Shown here piece by piece: positions 6,690 to 14,507 of a DNA stretch of 58,859 nucleotides. The stretch is from an uncultured Candidatus Saccharibacteria bacterium (lineage in GTDB: Bacteria > Patescibacteriota > Minisyncoccia > Phycocordibacterales > PALSA-1337), in the NCBI GenBank assembly GCA_964558375.1, contig CAZLCD010000002.1:1-58859 (forward strand). Direction: 5' to 3'. The notes beneath the pieces were generated by a model, which was given only the letters and a program-made list of their open reading frames with translations, did not search any database and had not been told where the DNA came from. Each line of letters opens with the position of its first letter. Within the stretch, counting starts at the first letter, position 1. A program made the position numbers and the translations under genes.

Positions 6690-7202
6690 ATGAATAAATA
6701 TAGAGACCGAAAATATACAATTGAAAAATATAATCCTGATTGGAAAAATCAGTTTAAAAAAGAAGCTGAAGCTCTTCAGGGTATTTTTGATAAAGTAGCT
6801 TTGTCTATTGAGCACATTGGTAGCACAGCCGTGCCTAATCTTTCGGGGAAACCCACGATTGATGTACTTGTAGTAGTAAATCAACTAACGGATATAGATA
6901 AAATCGCTCCACTCATGATGAAGAGCGGATATGAGGATAAGGGAGAGTGTGTGACAAAAAATTCCCGCCTTTTTGTGCAAGAGGAAAACAATGAGCGTCT
7001 TGTAAACGTCCACATATTCCCAAAGGATCATCTACATGTAACAGAAATGCTTAAGGTGCGAGATTATCTACGAACACACCCAGAAAAAGTAGGGGAGTAC
7101 AATAATCTCAAGTTGGACTTGTATAAGAAATATCCTGATGACTATGGAATGTATAGAAAGTACAAGGATGAGTGGATGAAGGATTTAGTCAGCATAATTT
7201 GA
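6690..7202 (+). CDS. GrpB-family protein (nucleotidyltransferase-like fold)
   Basis: IEHIGSTAVPNLSGKPTIDVLVVV and VNVHIFP...H...MLKVRDYLR follow the GrpB pattern. Confidence 0.75.
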   Translation: MNKYRDRKYTIEKYNPDWKNQFKKEAEALQGIFDKVALSIEHIGSTAVPNLSGKPTIDVLVVVNQLTDIDKIAPLMMKSGYEDKGECVTKNSRLFVQEENNERLVNVHIFPKDHLHVTEMLKVRDYLRTHPEKVGEYNNLKLDLYKKYPDDYGMYRKYKDEWMKDLVSII

Positions 7203-7297
7203 CATGTATTAAATAACATGATAAAGTAGTTTTCGAGCTCTTGAAAACAAGGGCAGATTGAATTAAATAACTGTATAAAGTAAGAGCTCAACTAATT

Positions 7298-7320
7298 CTT
7301 TCTGCCCATAAAGCAGAAAG
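7298..7320 (+). promoter_or_regulatory. Leader hairpin overlapping the ribosome-binding site of the 7328 gene; a related copy lies at 25411-25430
   Basis: CTTTCTGC-ccataaa-GCAGAAAG forms an 8-bp stem. Its 3' arm runs into AGAAAGGAAAAGT-ATG, so part of the Shine-Dalgarno-like AAAGGA is paired. Confidence 0.5.
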
Positions 7321-7327
7321 GAAAAGT

Positions 7328-7636
7328 ATGAGCCATATTCCGCCACGCGGATATGAAGAAGCGGTCTTCTTCGGTCACCGTTCCCACTCCTGTATTCGTC
7401 CAGAGGATGGATCTACTCCTTACGAAGCGGCACAGAAGCATCTAGAGCTGATAAAAGCTCGCGGTACAGACGCGTATCTTATTGAGGAGGATGGAGGTTG
7501 GATGATCTATGCTAGATTTGAGCATGATCTTCCACCAAAAATAGAGCGTGTCTTGTTGGAATGGCTAGCTGAGCCTATCCACTTGAAGATTGCTCGATGG
7601 AGAGCTAGAGGAAAGTGGCGAGGAGACAAAGGTTAA
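7328..7636 (+). CDS. Hypothetical small protein, visibly GC-richer than its neighbours
   Basis: A 102-aa ORF with a Shine-Dalgarno-like AAAGGA upstream and its own terminator downstream. No recognised motif. Confidence 0.55.
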   Translation: MSHIPPRGYEEAVFFGHRSHSCIRPEDGSTPYEAAQKHLELIKARGTDAYLIEEDGGWMIYARFEHDLPPKIERVLLEWLAEPIHLKIARWRARGKWRGDKG

Positions 7637-7665
7637 TCGGAATAACCAAAAAAGATTTCCGTTAA

Positions 7666-7698
7666 CCCTACACAGATGGAAGTTTGTGTAGGGTTTTT
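7666..7698 (+). terminator. Rho-independent terminator of the 7328 gene
   Basis: CCCTACACA-gatggaagtt-TGTGTAGGG followed by TTTTT. Confidence 0.8.
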
Positions 7699-7751
7699 GT
7701 ATTCAAGATCACAAGTGAATATTGTAAATATAGGTGATATAATTAAGCCTA

Positions 7752-8144
7752 ATGGAAAAACTACCCATTCCACCTAAGGAAGCAATTATTTATGAAGACG
7801 AAAAACTTTATATTTGCCTTGCTTCATTTCCAATAACAAAAGGACATACTGTTATAGTATGGAAGGACAAAGTAGAAGACCTGCACTCACTTTCCAGAAA
7901 AGACTATGAATACCTCATGGATACTGTAGATATTACTCGAAATATACTACTAGAAAAGCTCAAGGTTGAAAAAGTATATCTGATGTATATGGATGAAGTT
8001 AAGCAAGTCCACTGGCACCTCATTCCTCGTTATGAAGAATCGGGAACTAATATTTTCTCGCATTCTCCAGTTGAAATCCACGATTTTTCTCTTGCACAAA
8101 TACTAAAAACAGATTTTATAGAAAAATTTAATAAATTTATATAA
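7752..8144 (+). CDS. HIT-family (histidine triad) protein
   Basis: ITKGHTVIVWKD near the N-terminus and a triad region QVHWHLIPR, where the first His of HxHxH is replaced by Q. An extended -10 TGATATAAT (7735-7743) sits 8 nt before the ATG. Confidence 0.7.
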   Translation: MEKLPIPPKEAIIYEDEKLYICLASFPITKGHTVIVWKDKVEDLHSLSRKDYEYLMDTVDITRNILLEKLKVEKVYLMYMDEVKQVHWHLIPRYEESGTNIFSHSPVEIHDFSLAQILKTDFIEKFNKFI

Positions 8145-8171
8145 TAATATTATTTTATAATATCCCCCCCA

Positions 8172-8534
8172 ATGAAACCAAAAACAGTTAATGAATATAT
8201 AGGCCAAGCCCCACAAGATGTAAAAGAAAAGTTACAGGAGATGCGCGAATACCTTAAGAAATCAGCCCCCAAAGCAACTGAAGATTTGAAGTGGAGTATC
8301 CCAACCTTTTCTTACGATCGGATACTTTTTGCCTATGCAGGCTTCAAAAAACATATTGGGTTTTATCCAACACCCTCTGCTATTTTGGCATTCAAGAAAG
8401 AATTAAAAGAATACAAGACTGCAAAAGGATCTATTCAATTTCCATTAGATAAGCCACTACCCCTTACACTCATCAAAAAGATTGCTAAGTTTCGTATAAA
8501 GGAACTTAAAGATAAGGATGTAAAGTGGATGTAG
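8172..8534 (+). CDS. DUF1801 / YdhG-like domain protein
   Basis: 120 aa. V.EYI.....V.EKL.E.R..L...AP.A.E...W..P.F......LF.YA.FK.H.GFYP matches the YdhG-like pattern. Confidence 0.65.
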   Translation: MKPKTVNEYIGQAPQDVKEKLQEMREYLKKSAPKATEDLKWSIPTFSYDRILFAYAGFKKHIGFYPTPSAILAFKKELKEYKTAKGSIQFPLDKPLPLTLIKKIAKFRIKELKDKDVKWM

Positions 8535-8636
8535 TTTGGTTATAAAATCTTTTAAACTATAGACACTCATTGCTTAACGTAGTCTAATATGATAGTTTTT
8601 ATTCAGCGGGAACTTTAACAATCAACCCCTGAAAAT

Positions 8637-9152
8637 ATGAACAAAAAGACTCACCAACTTATCAATAGAGCATTTAAACTGCTCTCTGTTAGTGAACTTA
8701 ACTTCAAAGAGTTACATGACGCCTATGTAAGGTGTGATCAGAAGCTCATGAAAAGTGGTAGGTGGAATGCCACAAATCCTAAGCTCGTCATCAATAAGGT
8801 TAGGGAAACTCTTGAAGAGATAGATCTATGCGAGCTGGAAGAATCAGATCGCTCGTGGTGCGCAGAGATTTTGTGGTTCTGGTATCATCATGCGACAAGT
8901 TGCACAGATTGGGAAGTACATCCACGGCTTGTGCAAGATTATTCCCAAAAAGCTTTGGATTATCAGCAAATTAGTCAGCCAGAAGACAAAGGTCAGCCGA
9001 ATCGCATCACTAAACTTCTCAATCTTCTCGCTTACGGCAAACTCGAGGAAGCAAAAGAATGGATGAAGGTACGACCTGATAGTGCAGATAAGGTTGAACA
9101 TCAAACAGGTCTTGATTTGATCAAAACATACGAGAAATATGGATTCATCTGA
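8637..9152 (+). CDS. Hypothetical protein
   Basis: A 171-aa ORF with no recognised motif. Confidence 0.45.
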   Translation: MNKKTHQLINRAFKLLSVSELNFKELHDAYVRCDQKLMKSGRWNATNPKLVINKVRETLEEIDLCELEESDRSWCAEILWFWYHHATSCTDWEVHPRLVQDYSQKALDYQQISQPEDKGQPNRITKLLNLLAYGKLEEAKEWMKVRPDSADKVEHQTGLDLIKTYEKYGFI

Positions 9153-9155
9153 AAA

Positions 9156-9491
9156 ATGAAAACCCCTAAATTTCATAGAGCAATTAATAAAATCACCATC
9201 CATAGTCTAACTTGCCTTGCTGATTATAACCCTCCACCAAGTTTTGACTCAGTGCCTATCAAAAGTATTGGACTGAGTAAAAAGGTTGCAAATCGCCTTT
9301 GTCGAGCGGGTCTGACTACGGTAGGTCATGTAAGGCATAAAAGCCTTGCGGATATGATGGGGCTCGATTCTTTGGGGATAGTAACAATTTGGGAGTTATA
9401 TCGCAAACTTCGGGAGTTAGGAATTCCTATTATCTGGACTTTCAGAGGTCTTTACAGGCTCCCTTCACCCCGAAAACGAAAGAAAAAGTAG
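9156..9491 (+). CDS. Small protein with an RNA polymerase alpha C-terminal-domain-like helix-hairpin-helix
   Basis: IGLSKKVANRLCRAGLTTVGHV...LADMMGLDSLGIVTIWELYRKLRELG resembles the alpha-CTD pattern L.LS.R..N.L...GI.T.G.L......L....N.G..S..E....L. The C-terminal tail is basic. Confidence 0.5.
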   Translation: MKTPKFHRAINKITIHSLTCLADYNPPPSFDSVPIKSIGLSKKVANRLCRAGLTTVGHVRHKSLADMMGLDSLGIVTIWELYRKLRELGIPIIWTFRGLYRLPSPRKRKKK

Positions 9492-9660
9492 CCTGGTCAC
9501 CCCGACCAACAAGCGCGTCAGCAATGGCGCGCCTTTTCTATATAAAAATACACATCATTTTTAAGTCTTTATCAAATCTTTATTTTTTCTTTATCTTTTC
9601 TTAATGTCGGTTTGATATGATTATAGGATGCCAAAAGATTCGTATTTTAACCAAAGGTCG

Positions 9661-9689
9661 AAAACACAAAAGCCCCCGAAGGAGCCTTT
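9661..9689 (-). terminator. Orphan minus-strand terminator with UUCG tetraloop
   Basis: The minus strand reads AAAGGCTCC-TTCG-GGGGCTTTT followed by GTGTTTT. No minus-strand CDS lies upstream of it. Confidence 0.55.
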
Positions 9690-9772
9690 GTAGAACTTGC
9701 CCCCAGCTATAATGCCGATGAGAGGAATTTATACCTCGCAAGTTCAATACATAAATACTATCAAATCCCTCC

Positions 9773-10300
9773 ATGAAGTCAAACCAAATAAAACTCACTC
9801 TAATCTTAATAATCATCTCCATATGTGTCTATCTGGCCTATCTAGGAAGCCCTGCATATTTAAATAGGGTACCTAAAATAAATGAAAAAGAAAGGTATAT
9901 GGTGACGAAAACCCTAGACGGAGATACCTTTGAAATTAAAATAGGGAAGAGAATAATGAAAGTTAGGATGATGGGAATAGATACGCCAGAGACTCTAGAT
10001 CCTAGAAAGCCGGTTCAATGTTATGGATATGAATCTTCAGAGAAAACCAAGGAATTGTTAAGTGGAAGATCGGTTTCTTTGAGACTCGACAAGACTCAAT
10101 CCGCTCTAGATAAATTTAAGCGACTTTTAGCTTATGTATATAGAGATGATGGAATATTTATAAATCAATACCTTTTAGAAAATGGTTATGCTAGAGAATA
10201 TACTTACAATAAAAAATACCAGAATCAAAAAGAATTTAAAGAAATAGAGAAAAAGGCTAGGGAAGAGAAGCGAGGGCTTTGGGGATCACTTTGTCTTTAG
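9773..10300 (+). CDS. Thermonuclease (staphylococcal nuclease-like) with N-terminal membrane anchor
   Basis: DGDTFEI...KVRMMGIDTPET and LLAYVY...N..L...GYA are SNase-fold motifs. The N-terminus is hydrophobic. Confidence 0.8.
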   Translation: MKSNQIKLTLILIIISICVYLAYLGSPAYLNRVPKINEKERYMVTKTLDGDTFEIKIGKRIMKVRMMGIDTPETLDPRKPVQCYGYESSEKTKELLSGRSVSLRLDKTQSALDKFKRLLAYVYRDDGIFINQYLLENGYAREYTYNKKYQNQKEFKEIEKKAREEKRGLWGSLCL

Positions 10301-11220
10301 CTTGCCTTCAAAAATAGATAAATGTCCTCAAGAGCCTTCACAGCATCTCCAGCGGCAATGTTGTTTTGATGATAAAGACCATCTGTACAATCTCCAGCAG
10401 CCCAGATACCGTCTACAGAAGCACGCTGATTTCTCGGATCCACTATCACTTGATTGTAAGGAGTAAGTTTTACCAAATCTTTTATAAAATATGTAGTAGG
10501 AATAGAACCTATTTCAACAAAAATCCCTCCAACAGCAAGCTCTATATCTGTATTAGTTTTTGAATCAGTATAAACAAAAGCATTTACAAATTTGTCGCCC
10601 TTTACCTCTTTAGAAATAGCATTAGTAATTATTTTAAAATTTGGATTTTTTGAGACAGCCGCAACTGTTACAGGATCTGCACGAAATTCGGCGCTTCTAT
10701 TTATAAGGGTAACGCTTTTGCAATATGCCAAAAGTTGTGCAGCGCTTTCGAAGGCAGCATTGCCACCACCGATAACAACAACATCTTGACCCGCAAAGAT
10801 AGGTCCATCACATGAAGCACAATAAGTAAGACCTTTATGTTCAAATGTTTCAGCACCTTTCGCTTCAAGTTTTTTTCTAAAACTTCCAGCAGTTACTAAT
10901 ACAGTTTTTGATTCATAACTTCCTTTTGAAGTTGAAATCTTGAAGCCATTGTCGATCTTCTCTACTTTTTCAACACTTTCACCGACATGAATGTCTACAG
11001 AGTCTTTGGCGTAAGCTCTCAGGTGATTCTCCAAACTTTTGGCAAATTCGACTCCAGGAATTTTGACTGTACCTATCCAATTTTCAATACCTTCAGAAAC
11101 TGTACTCTGACTGTTCCAGTCTTTGGTTATAAAAAGAGTTTTGAGTTCTTTGCGAGCAGCATAAACTCCAGCAGCAACGCCAGCAGGTCCACCACCTATG
11201 ATTGTTAAGTCGTATATCAT
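10297..11220 (-). CDS. trxB: Thioredoxin-disulfide reductase
   Basis: FAD motif IIGGGPAGVAAGVYAAR, redox-active CASCDG, NADPH motif VVVIGGGNAAFESA and the C-terminal GIWAAGDC motif. Confidence 0.85.
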   Translation of the reverse strand: MIYDLTIIGGGPAGVAAGVYAARKELKTLFITKDWNSQSTVSEGIENWIGTVKIPGVEFAKSLENHLRAYAKDSVDIHVGESVEKVEKIDNGFKISTSKGSYESKTVLVTAGSFRKKLEAKGAETFEHKGLTYCASCDGPIFAGQDVVVIGGGNAAFESAAQLLAYCKSVTLINRSAEFRADPVTVAAVSKNPNFKIITNAISKEVKGDKFVNAFVYTDSKTNTDIELAVGGIFVEIGSIPTTYFIKDLVKLTPYNQVIVDPRNQRASVDGIWAAGDCTDGLYHQNNIAAGDAVKALEDIYLFLKAS

Positions 11221-11338
11221 TACTATTTATAATATCATAAAATCTGATAAAATCCTTGCTGTCGCAGAAGATTTTTTTTCTTCAACATGTTTCAGAAAAA
11301 AAGCTTCCGCGCCACGGATTTCATCTAGATTTTATAGC

Positions 11339-12535
11339 TTACTTCAACTTAGACCTCCTTAAAAAAGCTGGCACAGCACCCCAATCATCGTCATCATTAT
11401 TGTCGTTCTTCGATTCTTTCTTTTCTTCACGAATTGGAACAGGAATATCCTTTACAGATAAAGGTATAGATGTATTGACTGGCTTTGGCTTGGTTTCGTT
11501 GACTTGATTGAAGCTTTGTTTATTCTCAGGATTATTATTGGATGCGATCTTATTTTCTCCAGTTGGGATAATGCCCTCAGGGAAGCCTGCAGCGATAACA
11601 GTGATCTTTACTTCATTTTTCTTAAGCTTATCATCACGAACAGTACCAAAAATAACTTTTGCATTTGGATCTACAGACTCAGTAATAACCTTTGCAGCGT
11701 CTTGGATTTCGAACATTGTTAGGTCTTCACCTCCAGCGATAGAGAAGAGAACACCCCTTGCTCCATTTATAGAAACATCAAGAAGAGGAGAGTTGATAGC
11801 GAGCTTTGCGGCCTCTATGGCTCTATTTTCGCCAGAAGCAGAACCGATACCCATGAGAGCAGAGCCAGCACTTTCCATAACAGTTCTTATGTCTGCAAAG
11901 TCTATGTTGATGATACCGGGGGTAGTGATGAGGTCTGAAATACCTTCTACTGCTTGGCGAAGTATCTCATCACAGATAGAGAAAGCATTTCTTACTGTGG
12001 TGTTTTTGTCTATAGTTGTAAGAAGGCGATCATTAGGAATAACGATAATAGCATCTACTTCTTTCCTAAGTTCTTCGAGGCCTATATCGGCGATCTTTGA
12101 CCTTTGTTTACCTTCAAAAAAGAAAGGTTTGGTGACTACAGCGACTGTCAGGGCTCCTAGTTCCTTTGCAGTACGAGCTACTATAGGGCTAGCACCGCTT
12201 CCTGTACCTCCACCGAGTCCACAGGCCACAAAGACCATATCAGCACCCTTTAAGGCCTCCTGAACTTCTTCTTTGGTTTCTTCTACGGCTCTCTTACCCA
12301 TCTCAGGGTTCATGCCAGTACCGAGACCTCTAGTTAGGTTTTTACCGATATGTATTCTTTTTTTAGCAAGAGAGTGATGCAAATCTTGAGCATCTGTGTT
12401 TATGGAAATAAAATCAACACCTTTGACCTTGGAGGTAATCATATGGTTGATGGCATTCTTTCCGGAACCTCCCACTCCGATAACTTTTATTCGCGCGAAG
12501 GCTTCAATGTCAGGTGTAATGTTGGGCATGGTCAA
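11339..12535 (-). CDS. ftsZ: Cell division protein FtsZ
   Basis: IKVIGVGGSGKNAINHM, the tubulin signature GLGGGTGSGASP, and the C-terminal conserved peptide DDWGAVPAFLRR. Confidence 0.95.
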   Translation of the reverse strand: MTMPNITPDIEAFARIKVIGVGGSGKNAINHMITSKVKGVDFISINTDAQDLHHSLAKKRIHIGKNLTRGLGTGMNPEMGKRAVEETKEEVQEALKGADMVFVACGLGGGTGSGASPIVARTAKELGALTVAVVTKPFFFEGKQRSKIADIGLEELRKEVDAIIVIPNDRLLTTIDKNTTVRNAFSICDEILRQAVEGISDLITTPGIINIDFADIRTVMESAGSALMGIGSASGENRAIEAAKLAINSPLLDVSINGARGVLFSIAGGEDLTMFEIQDAAKVITESVDPNAKVIFGTVRDDKLKKNEVKITVIAAGFPEGIIPTGENKIASNNNPENKQSFNQVNETKPKPVNTSIPLSVKDIPVPIREEKKESKNDNNDDDDWGAVPAFLRRSKLK

Positions 12536-12604
12536 ATCTTATCAGATAACAAGAATTAGTCAAAAAAGGAAATAAAATAGAAATAAGAGGGAATTATCGC
12601 AAAT

Positions 12605-13810
12605 CTACGGTAGAAATTGTTTGAGCCATAAGAGTATTTTTTTCCATACTGTACCCAAAATCACCCCGCTGTTATTGATGGGCATGTCTTGATCTGCATG
12701 TGTGCCGAAGACACAAAGGCCATAGGCCACTGCCCATACAGAATCTCTATAACTTTGTTTTTCTTGAAGGCCAAGATTGACCATACCTATCCTTGAAGGT
12801 AGTCTGAGAGACTGCTTCGCTGCCTCTTCGATATTGGAAAGTCCTGCTCCACCACCTGTTATCACAATACCAGCAGGTAAAAGTCCATCTCTGCCGATTT
12901 TCTTTAAATGAGTCTCTATTAATTCAAAAATATCCGAAAGACGCGCAGAAATAACTTCCTCCAACTTTTTTCTAGGATATGAACTTCCTGTGATGGCACC
13001 GATCTTGATCTGCTCAGCTTCTTCAAGATTAACCTTCAATCCCAAAGCAATGTCATTTGTAATGTCTGTAGAGCCTATAGGGAAGATTTCTATAGACACA
13101 GGAATATTGTTTTCAAAAACAGAAGCGGAGACAGTTTCGGCACCGATATTTACAAGAACGCAACCAGCAATCTTTTGGCTTTTGGTTAAAGTTACCAAAC
13201 TTCCGGCTATAGGTGAGGCCATAACATCTTGGACACTAATACCAGCTTCTTCGACAGACTGGATAATGTCATTGAGGTGATGTTCTAGACAAGTAATGTA
13301 TAGAGTTTTTATTTCAAGCTTACTACCCTTCATCCCTTCAGGCTTTCCGAGGGCTAGCTTGCCGTCAATTTTATAATGAACAGGGATAGAGTGAATGATT
13401 TTTCTATTTAGCGAGGCACTATTTGGAATATCTTTCTCACATTGTTCTTGAAGCTTTTTTATGTCTAGTGAAGTGATCTCTAGATCTGCTTTGGAAATAA
13501 TAATAGAGCTTGTAGAATGTATACCACTAAGTCCAATACCTCCTATAGATACGAAAGCCCTTTTAACCTTTACTCCCGCACGTTCCTCGGCTTCCTTAAC
13601 CGCACGTTTGATACTTTCTGTTACATCACTGACATTGACTATATAACCATGACGCAAGCCTTTGGATTCTGACATGCCGATACCAATGATCTTTGGGTGA
13701 TTTCTGAATTCATTTTTCAAATTGTCCTTATTTCTTTCTTGAGAATCAGCAATAACCACTTTAATATGGTTAGTGCCTATGTCTATACCAGTGATAATTG
13801 TTCGTGACAT
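12605..13810 (-). CDS. ftsA: Cell division protein FtsA
   Basis: Actin-like ATPase motifs GIDIGTNHIKVV, VNIGAETVS and GIVITGGGAGL. It lies immediately upstream of ftsZ. Confidence 0.9.
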   Translation of the reverse strand: MSRTIITGIDIGTNHIKVVIADSQERNKDNLKNEFRNHPKIIGIGMSESKGLRHGYIVNVSDVTESIKRAVKEAEERAGVKVKRAFVSIGGIGLSGIHSTSSIIISKADLEITSLDIKKLQEQCEKDIPNSASLNRKIIHSIPVHYKIDGKLALGKPEGMKGSKLEIKTLYITCLEHHLNDIIQSVEEAGISVQDVMASPIAGSLVTLTKSQKIAGCVLVNIGAETVSASVFENNIPVSIEIFPIGSTDITNDIALGLKVNLEEAEQIKIGAITGSSYPRKKLEEVISARLSDIFELIETHLKKIGRDGLLPAGIVITGGGAGLSNIEEAAKQSLRLPSRIGMVNLGLQEKQSYRDSVWAVAYGLCVFGTHADQDMPINNSGVILGTVWKKILLWLKQFLP

Positions 13811-13826
13811 TATTTAAATCAAAAAG

Positions 13827-14213
13827 CTAAATCCCGAACTTTTTTCTAAATCGAGCCTCTGTAGCTTCCATTGTACTACCATGATCGAATCCTTTCAAAT
13901 GCACTAAACCGTGGATAAATAAAAAAGCAAAAAAGTTTTCATAATCTCTATCAAATTTCTTAGCTTCAAGCTTGGTCATTTCTGGATTTATGTAAATTTC
14001 TCCAAAGTCATCACTCAATCCAAAGCTCAAAATATCCGTAGGCTTATCTATATCGCGATATTCTTTATTGAGTTTTTTAATCTGTGCTTTGCTTACTATA
14101 ACCAAAGAAAGTTCGTAGTTTTTACCCAGCACAGCATCTTTCATTATAGCAAAAGCCAAACGGGGGAGTTTGGCTTTTGTGGTATTTGTAAGCTGAAAGG
14201 TGATATCTTGCAT
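13827..14213 (-). CDS. ybeY: rRNA maturation endoribonuclease YbeY
   Basis: Zinc motif HGLVHLKGFDH. TDILSF is also typical of YbeY. Confidence 0.85.
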   Translation of the reverse strand: MQDITFQLTNTTKAKLPRLAFAIMKDAVLGKNYELSLVIVSKAQIKKLNKEYRDIDKPTDILSFGLSDDFGEIYINPEMTKLEAKKFDRDYENFFAFLFIHGLVHLKGFDHGSTMEATEARFRKKFGI

Positions 14214-14231
14214 AATTAACCAACCAACGAA

Positions 14232-14480
14232 TTATTTTGAGTAACGAGATGTTTTTTCTTGCATTTTGCCGAGCTTGATGAGTTCTTGTATTTCACCTTT
14301 TCTTTTTATAGATTTCAAAGTTTTCATCTTGGTCTTGTAAGAAGAGAGAATTCTTTGATTGTAACGAAGAGATCTAACGCGAGGAAGTATACCAGCGCCC
14401 TGAACTCTTTTTGTAAAACGTCGAAGGACACCCATACTGTTTTCGGTGCCGTTTCTTGATACTTCTACATTTGTTGCCAT
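14232..14480 (-). CDS. rpsU: 30S ribosomal protein S21
   Basis: An 82-aa basic protein. The pattern V.V..N......LRRF.K.....G.L...R....Y is typical of S21. Confidence 0.75.
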   Translation of the reverse strand: MATNVEVSRNGTENSMGVLRRFTKRVQGAGILPRVRSLRYNQRILSSYKTKMKTLKSIKRKGEIQELIKLGKMQEKTSRYSK

Positions 14481-14507
14481 AGTCTGCCAATATTAGCACA
14501 GGCGTTT

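Noticed and set aside
9601-9822. A 73-aa minus-strand ORF spanning the 9.6-9.8 kb gap
   Set aside because: It overlaps the thermonuclease start and runs through a terminator hairpin. It has no ribosome-binding site, and its composition is odd and low-complexity.
11508-12263. A 251-aa ORF antisense to ftsZ, and similar long antisense ORFs opposite ftsA, uvrB, dnaJ-like, gltX, cohesin-like and other genes
   Set aside because: These are shadow ORFs opposite genes that carry unambiguous conserved motifs. Their translations are low-complexity (Ser/Leu/Ile/Pro-rich) and have no motif.
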